From positions 1 to 54,216 of the forward strand of contig MRSU01002629.1 of the NCBI GenBank assembly GCA_008369845.1: a stretch of DNA of 54,216 bases. Reading direction: 5' to 3'. The position numbers and the translations under genes were made by a program. The notes under the pieces are model-generated. The model was not told the DNA's origin and did no database searches. It worked only from the letters and a program-made list of their open reading frames with translations. Of this stretch, positions 21,350 to 30,133 are shown one piece after another. Numbering within the stretch: the first letter of the stretch is position 1; each line of letters opens with the position of its first letter. The stretch comes from Trichomonas gallinae (taxonomy: Eukaryota).

Positions 21350-21591
21350 TGTCATGTAAAATGGTTACGTGTCGATAAATTATTTATTAAAAGTGACAAA
21401 AATATTTACTTTTCAGATTTGTCATGTAAATAAATGATAAAAATTAACTTATTCAATATGATGATTTATTTACGTGTCAAAATTGTCATGTAAATTTATA
21501 ACAAAAAGTGAAATTATGAAAATGATAAAGTTATTTACATGTCAAATATGTCATGTAAATTTTGAAATAAATTATTTATAAAAAAGTGACT
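21350..21591. promoter_or_regulatory. Bidirectional promoter with three inverted pairs of TTTACnTGnCA and AAAGTGAC sites
   Basis: Pairs at 21405/21420, 21469/21484 and 21534/21549, an extra TGTCATGTAAA at 21350, and AAAGTGAC near 21390 and 21583. Confidence 0.7.
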
Positions 21592-21608
21592 GATTAAAGG
21601 TGACAAAA

Positions 21609-22991
21609 ATGGAAACCGAGTTGCAGAAAGAGCTTGAAGAGCTTAGAATGCGCCACAAAGAGATGGTCGACAGGAATAAGGCTGAGCTGGAGGCTATCAA
21701 AGAATTATCAGTACAGGCTGAAATTGCAAATCCACAAATTCCAATGAGTCCTGTTAAATCTGCAAAGAGAGTTATACTTTCTATGACTTTGCCAAATGAA
21801 ATGGTCGAATTCGCTCCGAAAGAAACTCAAAAAGCCAAAAAAGTCGAAATTTCTACGCAAATCGATAATCAAACTCCTGTAATTGATACAAATCAATTAA
21901 TGCAAGGATTGTATCAGTCCAGTGCTACAATTGAACTCGATGAAAACGCTGTTGCTTATGAAAATATTATTTCAAATGAAACAGAACTTAAAGTAACTGA
22001 AGAATTCGAATCTAACAACACTTCAGAATTCAGAAAGATATGGAGTGAAGGCTCAGCAATTCGTTATGTCGCTGCTGACTGCTGCTGGAAAGGTCATGAG
22101 TTTTTTGTTGCTTATAAAACAAATCTAAAGGACAAACAAGGATTCATTCTCAAGCGCGATGTTAATAATCTTACACAATCGGTTCGTTACGAATGCCCAA
22201 CTCAGCCAACATGTTTAGCAATGGTTCCACATTCACCTGATTGCTTCATTGTTGGAGGAAACACTGGCCTTTTGTATCTATATGATACCCGTGAAAAACA
22301 AAATCCAGTTGCTCAAAGCCACAGATGGGATGAGTGTCATTATTCCCAAATTGTTGGTTTATTGTTTATCAAGGACAGGATTTTGCTCTCAATAGCAGCA
22401 GATGGCAGTGTTTACTCATGGAACATTGACGCTCTCGCATCTCCAATACAAGAATTGCATATGTCAAAATTCAAAACACAAGGAGCAAGACCGACATGCG
22501 CATCAGAATATAGTACTGGCAACATCCTCATCGGATCAGAGGACGGATCAGTCGTATCAAAGAGCCAAACGAAGAAAGAAGAAACAGAAATCGAAAAATA
22601 CGACGGAATGATTACTGGAATCGACTTCAGGCAGGGTTCAAAGGGCCAACGTGATTCTTACTGTGTCACAACACTTGGTGGAGTCGCAGAAGTTCGTTCT
22701 GTCAATAAAGACAGCTCAGATAATAAGACTATGAAGAAAATCGTTTCTTTGACAGAATCATACGTTGCTTGTTGCTGGCAGCCGAACAGCAGACCTGTTT
22801 TTGTCGCTTGCAGGTCCGACGGAACCATTTCTTTAATAGATGCAATGGATGATTCCAATGCAGATCTTAATGTTGTGTTAGATTCTATCGCAACATGCTG
22901 CAAATTCTCTAATGATGGAAAATACCTGTTTGTTGGAACAATTGATTCTAATTCTCATCTTCTTATTTGTCCAACAACTGTTTCTGTTTAA
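21609..22991 (+). CDS. WD40 protein, dynein intermediate chain-like
   Basis: N-terminal coiled coil followed by WD repeats (IVGGNTGLLYLYDTR, LSIAADGSVYSW, IGSEDGSV, WQPNSRPVF..DG) in a dynein-IC-like order. Confidence 0.75.
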   Translation: METELQKELEELRMRHKEMVDRNKAELEAIKELSVQAEIANPQIPMSPVKSAKRVILSMTLPNEMVEFAPKETQKAKKVEISTQIDNQTPVIDTNQLMQGLYQSSATIELDENAVAYENIISNETELKVTEEFESNNTSEFRKIWSEGSAIRYVAADCCWKGHEFFVAYKTNLKDKQGFILKRDVNNLTQSVRYECPTQPTCLAMVPHSPDCFIVGGNTGLLYLYDTREKQNPVAQSHRWDECHYSQIVGLLFIKDRILLSIAADGSVYSWNIDALASPIQELHMSKFKTQGARPTCASEYSTGNILIGSEDGSVVSKSQTKKEETEIEKYDGMITGIDFRQGSKGQRDSYCVTTLGGVAEVRSVNKDSSDNKTMKKIVSLTESYVACCWQPNSRPVFVACRSDGTISLIDAMDDSNADLNVVLDSIATCCKFSNDGKYLFVGTIDSNSHLLICPTTVSV

Positions 22992-23258
22992 TATTATTAC
23001 TGTAAATGTTTATATATAAAACTATTATCAAATAACTAAATAATACAACATAGTGAAATTGCTTCAAAACGATTTTAATTTGATAAATTTTTTGATTATT
23101 TTTAAAGGTTCAATATAAACTTTTAAATATGCATCAGTAGAATAAGCATATGATTTTATAATAAATGAAAAGATAATAAAGTAGTATATTCGCTTGTATT
23201 GTTTTATCGAGATATTCTTGATCGATACAAACTAATGACGAACATGAGGTATTGATCA

Positions 23259-23525
23259 TATGAGCCCAATAATCCAATTGGAATTGGAGAAATGGAGCAG
23301 TTCTGTTATATTGAAGAAGATCAAATAATAAAGGTTGAATATTTCCAAAATAAATTCGCTGATTATTATAGATTCAATGTAGAACGTCTTTTTTATAAAT
23401 AACAAGGTGTGGATCAATTATTAAAATTTATTTGTCAACAAACAACATTTTTATCGAAATTTTCGCATATTTTTATGATACTGGAAGAGCAGAAATCCGA
23501 AATAGAATATTTTTCGATTAATAAA
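23259..23525 (+). pseudogene. Possible decayed coding remnant
   Basis: Frame YEPNNPIGIGEMEQFCYIEEDQIIKVEYFQNKFADYYRFNVERLFYK*QGVDQLL... has one internal TAA (23400) and protein-like composition. Confidence 0.3.
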
Positions 23526-23621
23526 ATTTTTTGCAATTTTTTATTGAAGGAACTCAATAGATCCTAAAAACACACACTTCACAATAAAAAAAAAATTTGG
23601 AAAATCTTTCATTTTTTTTAT

Positions 23622-24545
23622 ATGGGTAGAAGAAGGAAAAACACGCGTGGAGGACGACACGGCGGAGAAGAGGACCCGCGCGGTAGTAATTCCGACATAG
23701 ATGATGATTCCGATGAAATTATAGGGAATTACGATCCAAGGGCTTCTGATCCAAATACAATCGAATACAAAATAGTTCACGCGAAACACCCATTCGAAAA
23801 GCGCAAATTCATAGAGTCTAAGGTAGTGACACCTTCTCAGCGCGCTATAACATGTTGCATACAAATGAATAATGGCTGGGCTTCAGAAGATGTATTATTA
23901 GACTTTTTGCAGAGGAACTGGGGTTTTATAGGTAAGATGAATATCAAATTACCAAATAATATGCCAGATACGAGAATATTACATATTAATTTGGCTGTAA
24001 AGAAGAAAAATCTTCCGTTATTCATACAAGACCCCGTCAAACCGTTACTTTGGACCGTAAATACATCAACTGACTACGCACAGATCTCAGATAAGTCTAG
24101 AATTATTTTATCTAGGCGATCTCAAGAAGATGATATAGAAAACGAATCGGATGATTTATCTAAAGAGCCTGAAACATTGGAAGAAGCTTATAGAAAAGAA
24201 AGAGAAGACTCTTTTGAAGCTCACGTTTATCAAATATTAAAAACATATCCCGATGGAGTGACTTTAGACGAACTTGCTGAAGCCACAAAGCAATTTGAAG
24301 GGGAGGCTGGTTTATTCCAAATATTACCACATATTAGACGTGTAAGAGCAGTCTTAATTGCAAAGAAGTCTACAAACGAGGCATTCGAGCGGAATGGAAA
24401 ATGGTCATGTACATTAGACACGCCAACAATTCCAGAACCGCCTAAAATAGTATCAGATTTCCTTCCTCCGGGCTTGAAGGATATCAATATTACAGAATTA
24501 TCACTCGATGAGTTTTACAATGTATTGCGACAAAATAAGGTATAA
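23622..24545 (+). CDS. Hypothetical nuclear protein, possible winged-helix modules
   Basis: 307-aa ORF with a basic N-terminus (GRRRKN), upstream TCATTT Inr, stop in TAAA, and ILKTYPDGVTLDELAEAT resembling a wHTH. Confidence 0.75.
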   Translation: MGRRRKNTRGGRHGGEEDPRGSNSDIDDDSDEIIGNYDPRASDPNTIEYKIVHAKHPFEKRKFIESKVVTPSQRAITCCIQMNNGWASEDVLLDFLQRNWGFIGKMNIKLPNNMPDTRILHINLAVKKKNLPLFIQDPVKPLLWTVNTSTDYAQISDKSRIILSRRSQEDDIENESDDLSKEPETLEEAYRKEREDSFEAHVYQILKTYPDGVTLDELAEATKQFEGEAGLFQILPHIRRVRAVLIAKKSTNEAFERNGKWSCTLDTPTIPEPPKIVSDFLPPGLKDINITELSLDEFYNVLRQNKV

Positions 24546-25087
24546 ATACGGTATTGTCCTTTTCAAAATCAATCTCGATTATCAAATCAAAAACTTAATA
24601 ATCACTTTATCAGTGATCTTGTTGTTTTAAACGATGTTATTTAACATACATTCGTATTTCCTACTACAGTTGGTTCGAATTAATAACGATATTTCCAATA
24701 TTTTTTTCAGTTAATAACATGTTATTTATTTTGTTAGCAATGGTTATAGATACGAGAGCGTTCTTGAGGAATGTGCTAATTTTGGCCGGGAGATAACTTT
24801 TGATAATATCGACAATATTAAATTAGCGAATAATGTGATTTTGATTAAAAATTTAGATTCTTTGAACATATCTTATTATGAATCCTGATTTTTAGCTTTA
24901 ACCCATTTTTCGAATTGAACAAAAAATATTAGTAGATTTGTCGATTTTTTAGTTAATCTCAAGAAATTTATAGGTTTTGGGCATTTTTTAAATTTGGGAA
25001 ATATATTCATTATTGGTAAACTATTTGAATATATAATTATTTTTGGTTGAAATGCATTATTTAACATATTTTTCCTTAAAATTCCAG

Positions 25088-26275
25088 ATGGGTTCTTTTC
25101 TTTCTGTCCCAACTCATCAGCAAGAGCCCGTTTTTCAGACACCACAGCATATTACAGAAGGTGTTGATGCCCTTAGGAATAGAGGCGCCTGCTCGAAATG
25201 CATACAGAGGCTTATGTCCCTTGATAGGCAAACATCTAACAGATTATGCCCGACAACAGACCACGAGCACGACTGCTTCATATGCCATGGGGTGTTACAA
25301 ATAATACCCAAGGTCAAACAAATCGTTTCTGATGCTATAGGACCATATTCATATCACGATGTTCAAATAGAAATCCCACCGAACTTTATTAAGGACGACG
25401 ACAAAATCTGCAGACAATACAACCTTCCAACTTCATGCAATATCAAAAATTACTTAAAAGCAAAACTAAATCACGAACTTCCACACACAAACTCCGGACC
25501 AACGCTAATTCTGCATATTGCAGGACCATCAGATATCAAATGCAAACTAAAATGGCCTGATTTATATATCACAGGTCGTTATTTCAAAAGATCTCGTCGC
25601 GTTTCTAACAGCAGATTCTTTAAAGGATTCTCAATTACATCTGTCGAGTCAGAACTTATCAAAGAGTTCTCTAAATACGTTAAATGTTCGCAATTTACCT
25701 TTGCTTCGTCTGGCCGCGAAGATGCAGACGTGAGAATGATTGGATCTGGTCGTCCTTTCGCTCTAAAGATGAAGGACCCAGTTCCACCGCATCCTCCAAA
25801 GGATATTGACGAATATGTCGAATCATTGAATGCATTAATTCCATCGGAAGTCGAATGCGAGAACTGTGTCGGTGCAGCAGGCTGCCATATCGTATTAGTT
25901 CAACCTTCAATGGAACCAAAGCACATGAAACGCTACAGATCTGTTGTTACTTTCTCAAGACCGGTTTCAGATGAAGAATTAAGTCGCATTGAAGGCATAG
26001 AGAATCTTGTTTTACATCAGAGAACACCACTGCGTGTTGCTCAAAAGAAAGAAATTCAAGACAGAGAAAGAACAATCATGAAGCTTGGATATGAACGTAT
26101 TAGCCCAAGGTTCATCCTTCTTGATCTTGAAACCTCAAAAGGAACATATATTAAGGAATTTGTTAACTCAGATTTCGGTAGAACCGTTCCAAGCCTTGGC
26201 CAGCTTCTCAATCCTGAAGATCCTCCTCAATGCCAATTATTACAGTTGGATGTTGTATATGTTGCCGAAGAATAG
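25088..26275 (+). CDS. PUS10: tRNA pseudouridine synthase Pus10
   Basis: CxxC...CxxC N-terminus, GRYFK.SR, catalytic SGREDADVRMIGSGRPF, QRTPLRV, GTYIKEFV.SDFGRT.PSL, LLQLDV. Confidence 0.92.
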   Translation: MGSFLSVPTHQQEPVFQTPQHITEGVDALRNRGACSKCIQRLMSLDRQTSNRLCPTTDHEHDCFICHGVLQIIPKVKQIVSDAIGPYSYHDVQIEIPPNFIKDDDKICRQYNLPTSCNIKNYLKAKLNHELPHTNSGPTLILHIAGPSDIKCKLKWPDLYITGRYFKRSRRVSNSRFFKGFSITSVESELIKEFSKYVKCSQFTFASSGREDADVRMIGSGRPFALKMKDPVPPHPPKDIDEYVESLNALIPSEVECENCVGAAGCHIVLVQPSMEPKHMKRYRSVVTFSRPVSDEELSRIEGIENLVLHQRTPLRVAQKKEIQDRERTIMKLGYERISPRFILLDLETSKGTYIKEFVNSDFGRTVPSLGQLLNPEDPPQCQLLQLDVVYVAEE

Positions 26276-26298
26276 AAATAAATCTTGTTTTTTGATAA

Positions 26299-26444
26299 AT
26301 TACATGACAAATTTTTACTTTACAAATCAAAAACAATTTTTACATGACAAATATATATTTTACAAATCATTTTTTTTACTGAATTGTTTTTATTTTACAT
26401 GACATATTTTTATTTTACAAAACAAAAATATTATTTACTTGTCA
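26299..26444 (+). promoter_or_regulatory. TTTAC-n4-CA array with exact 20-bp period
   Basis: Copies at 26299, 26319, 26339, 26359 and at 26394, 26414, 26434. Confidence 0.7.
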
Positions 26445-26559
26445 AAATTAAGTTTTGCAAAATTTATTTGATTTTCATGTTTTATTTTATGAATTATATC
26501 TAATTTTTAGAAAATTGGAGACTTTTGATTTTTGTCACATTTATAGTAACGTATTTAGA

Positions 26560-27267
26560 ATGAGTGAGAAACACGATCTGTTAAGTTATAATAAAAAATT
26601 TAAACCAGGAACGGCTGGTGTGAAGATAAACTTCAGTCCAGATGAAATGGCATTCAGTCGTGAAGATATGCCGCTTCGTGCTGCGATGGCAAGGCGTGAA
26701 GTTTTGCTATCATTGCAACCGGACATAGATGGGATTCCGAAACGTCGATGGAACCCCGATGTAATGGTTATCACACCACATGAGCCATATAATCCTCAAG
26801 CAATTTACGTATCAAATAAAAACGAACATGATCCAGATTTTAGAAGAGACTTTTACGACTCAGAATTACCATGGGATGCACGTGCAACAATTGATCACAA
26901 ATTAGAATCGAAACAATTTAAAGAACGCACAATGAAAGCACGCGAAAATACTATAAAGAAGTGTGAGGCTGTTGCTAGCACGCCGGCATTAGTTAGACGC
27001 CAGATAAATTACGCAAATCTTATTAAAGAAAGAGGAATTCCAGCTGCTCAGCCTCCTCCACCATTTATTGTCAAAAGACCTAAACTTTCTGAAGGAACTG
27101 CGAAGCATCTTAAGCAGTTCGCGTCAACCAGATATTATCATGATGGCGCATACAGATATTGCGAGGCCCTTGGTGGTGAAGCATGGTCCTGCTGCGGAAA
27201 TACGGACAGAGATTCGATTGGTTGCTGCTGCCAAAAATCTAATAAGATGCATAGCTTGTATGACTAA
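26560..27267 (+). CDS. Hypothetical protein with C-terminal Btk-type zinc-finger-like motif
   Basis: YHDG...WSCC......GC motif. Start at the ATG at 26560; stop in TAAA. Confidence 0.75.
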   Translation: MSEKHDLLSYNKKFKPGTAGVKINFSPDEMAFSREDMPLRAAMARREVLLSLQPDIDGIPKRRWNPDVMVITPHEPYNPQAIYVSNKNEHDPDFRRDFYDSELPWDARATIDHKLESKQFKERTMKARENTIKKCEAVASTPALVRRQINYANLIKERGIPAAQPPPPFIVKRPKLSEGTAKHLKQFASTRYYHDGAYRYCEALGGEAWSCCGNTDRDSIGCCCQKSNKMHSLYD

Positions 27268-27612
27268 ATTTAAGTTTTCTATATTAATAAAAATTATTAT
27301 TGTTTTTTAATTGCCCTTATTTTATGAAATATATCTCTTTCCACATAAAAACGAATACTCTTAGCTTTTTGAAAAGAAATTTGAAAATAATATTTTTTAT
27401 ACAAATGTTTTTTTTAAGATTATGGATACATATGCAAAATATTTTATCAAGCTCATCAAAGCTATTATGTTGCTATAGTATTTCATAAGTTTTAATAAGA
27501 TATTTTTTTCATCAATAAATAATTTGAATTTTAAGAAAACTCATATGAGTTTTTATTATCAAACGATTATAAACATTAACTACAATATGCTGGTGACCTA
27601 ATTTCATGATAT

Positions 27613-28467
27613 TTATAATTCAGATTCAACACTTTCTGCTAGCTTCAAGAATTCTACACAAACTGGGTCACGAATAAGAGATTGCATGTTGATCTTGTTG
27701 AATTCGTTACATTTAACGTTCTTGTACAACCAGCAGAAATGAGTTTTCATATCAGCATCCCAGTGAGATCTGTATTTGATCAGACGATCAACCAGATTAC
27801 AGATACCCACTCTATCAACTTCTGCAATCTTTCCTACGCGATCAGCAAAAATTGCTGCTATTGAAGCCATTTCCATATCTAATGTACCGTAAGGGAATTT
27901 AGAGGCTAATTTAACGAGCGATTGGAAAGCACCAGCGAAGCAAAGTCCACCTTCTTTAGTGTGAATGGCTGTGATCATCATATACAAACATAATTTATCA
28001 ACTTGAGGATCATGGCAGGATTCCATCGTATTAAGGATTGTTTGCATACGGCATTTATATACGGTTGAACTTCCATGAACAACGAGTTCACGAGCGAAAC
28101 TCATTAAATAGAAAATATAACGCTTGAATTTAAGCTCCTTGCATCTTGGGTTAATGAAATCGATTCTATCGAGAGTTAAATCAAATAATTGTAACCTTTT
28201 AACAAATTTCATTGTCAAATTACGCGTCGTTGGATCATTTAAGTAAGTTGTTAAGTTGGAAATCATACTTGTTGTTGTAGTTTCTTCCATGTGATCAGTT
28301 GTGAGCATAGTTTTCATTAATTTTGCGCGTTTTGCAATTTCAAGATCGATGGGAGTAACTGGTTTTGGCTCAGGAGGAGGCGCAGTAGCTAATATATATG
28401 CTAAAACAACAATAGAAATCAGTACTAAAGCTTTAATATAAGCAATAATAAAATTCACTAATTTCAT
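27613..28467 (-). CDS. Signal-anchored helical protein ending ESEL (possible ER resident)
   Basis: Hydrophobic N-terminus, Pro linker, helical body, and C-terminal xxEL. Confidence 0.8.
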   Translation of the reverse strand: MKLVNFIIAYIKALVLISIVVLAYILATAPPPEPKPVTPIDLEIAKRAKLMKTMLTTDHMEETTTTSMISNLTTYLNDPTTRNLTMKFVKRLQLFDLTLDRIDFINPRCKELKFKRYIFYLMSFARELVVHGSSTVYKCRMQTILNTMESCHDPQVDKLCLYMMITAIHTKEGGLCFAGAFQSLVKLASKFPYGTLDMEMASIAAIFADRVGKIAEVDRVGICNLVDRLIKYRSHWDADMKTHFCWLYKNVKCNEFNKINMQSLIRDPVCVEFLKLAESVESEL

Positions 28468-28474
28468 ATAAATT

Positions 28475-28630
28475 ACCCCTAATTATCCATACCAGACCCT
28501 AAAAATTTTCTATACCCCTAATTTACAATTTCGGACCCTAAATAATTGAAAATTTGATTCCCCTAACTTATAATATTAGACCCCAAATAATTTCTGATTC
28601 ATGACCCCAAATTTTAACGGAAGCCCCTAG
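28475..28630. promoter_or_regulatory. Eight CCC(C/T)A motifs filling a 189-bp bidirectional promoter
   Basis: Copies near 28475, 28495, 28514, 28534, 28559, 28579, 28603 and 28623. Confidence 0.7.
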
Positions 28631-28656
28631 ACAATTTTTGTCACATTTTTAATCGT

Positions 28657-29721
28657 ATGGAAGAATTTCCTTCATTTGAGCCACAAAACAAGATCCCAAA
28701 TCTTGAAAAAGAGATCGAAAGGATTGCTACACAGACACACAAGCACATTACATATTTGAAAATTAACGATGAAACGGACTGGTATCCGTTCGTTGATGAA
28801 ATTTGCAAATCTTGCGAAGTAATTTGCTCTCCTCAGTATTGCGTTGAAGATTCAAAGGATATTTTATACAAATGGACTCAAACAGATAATTATATCCAAA
28901 TTGTTATTAATGACGTACCTAAAGACCAAATTGTTATCGATGAGAAGCATATTTCCTGCTCTAAAATCTCAGGAGATTGGTTATGGCCAATTCACGACAT
29001 TAATGTCGAAGAAATCGGATCAATTACACAAATCGAGTTCAATACTGAAGATTCTACTAAGTGGCCCCTTCTTATCAAGGGTGGCCAAGCCGATGGCTTG
29101 TCTTGTTTCTACATTTCCATGATTGCAACTCAGGGCAAAAAGAATGAAGTCTCATCTTACTACCTTCAGAAGGGTGCAATGGCCAACCATCACTCATGCA
29201 CAATGGCCTATGCTCTTCTTGTGTTTGAAGGCGCAACTCAGGAAGAATCTGTTCATTGGTTCGCAAGAGGCGTCTTGAACCACGCTGATTTAACATGCGG
29301 ATTCTGCCTCTGCACTTCTCTAATAGAAGGCCGTGGCGTTGAACAGAATCCCCGCCTCGCTGAATACATGTTAAACCGCTTATGCGTCGAAGGATTCCCT
29401 GATGCTTTCACAAGGTTGGGCATTTTGTACTTACAAGGTGCAATAGGCGTCAAGAAGATGCCCAAGAAGGCTCAGCAGCTCCTGACAATTGCCGCTTACC
29501 AGTTCATGGATGAGCAGGCTAGAGAGATACTCGAGAAGACGCCGTGGGATCAGCTCATCACAGACGAAGCGAAGAAGGAAGAAGAGGAAAAGAAGAAGGC
29601 CGAAGAAGAAGAGAAGCACAAAGATGATCCAGGTGTCAGCGACTACATTATTGCCGGCGGTGTTTTGGCTGGCCTTGTTGGTGCTGGCGTCTGGGCATTC
29701 AACAAATTTGGTAGAAAATAA
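28657..29721 (+). CDS. Hsp20/CS-like + Sel1/TPR + C-terminal tail-anchor protein (Tom36/Tom46-like architecture)
   Basis: YKWTQTDNYIQIVI (CS-domain start), Sel1 repeats (GRGVEQNPRLA, LGILYLQG..GVKKMPKKA), charged linker, TMD IIAGGVLAGLVGAGVWAF, basic tail NKFGRK. Confidence 0.8.
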   Translation: MEEFPSFEPQNKIPNLEKEIERIATQTHKHITYLKINDETDWYPFVDEICKSCEVICSPQYCVEDSKDILYKWTQTDNYIQIVINDVPKDQIVIDEKHISCSKISGDWLWPIHDINVEEIGSITQIEFNTEDSTKWPLLIKGGQADGLSCFYISMIATQGKKNEVSSYYLQKGAMANHHSCTMAYALLVFEGATQEESVHWFARGVLNHADLTCGFCLCTSLIEGRGVEQNPRLAEYMLNRLCVEGFPDAFTRLGILYLQGAIGVKKMPKKAQQLLTIAAYQFMDEQAREILEKTPWDQLITDEAKKEEEEKKKAEEEEKHKDDPGVSDYIIAGGVLAGLVGAGVWAFNKFGRK

Positions 29722-30005
29722 ATAAAATAGATTTTATTATGCTTAACATAATTTTTAATGTGATATATAGATAGGAGTTGTGATTCATGATACAATGAAG
29801 TTAAGCAAGATTCAACATTATGAATTAACCTCGAAAAAAACAGAGAATCAAGCCAAATGAAGTAGTACAATATCATATTCATGTCACTTACATAGTGTAA
29901 CATGCGTTAATAGAATACAAGGCGTCCAGTAAATATTTTGCACTCTGTTATTTTTCTTCAATTATATTTATTAGACACCTTATATAATAATATCATATGC
30001 AATAA

Positions 30006-30124
30006 ATTATGTGTCAAAAGAATATTTTTACATGACATATTTATTATTAACATGTCAAACAGGATACATTTACATGACATATTTCTTTTTACGCGACAAA
30101 TTATGAGTCAAAGTTTACTTGTCA
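30006..30124 (+). promoter_or_regulatory. TTTACnTGnCA array upstream of CDC5L
   Basis: Copies or variants at 30006, 30027, 30047, 30069, 30088 and 30114. Confidence 0.65.
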
Positions 30125-30133
30125 AAATTTATA

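Noticed and set aside
28475..28630. Interstitial telomere remnant
   Set aside because: CCCTAA-like units are separated by unrelated spacers rather than tandem, so treated as regulatory motifs.
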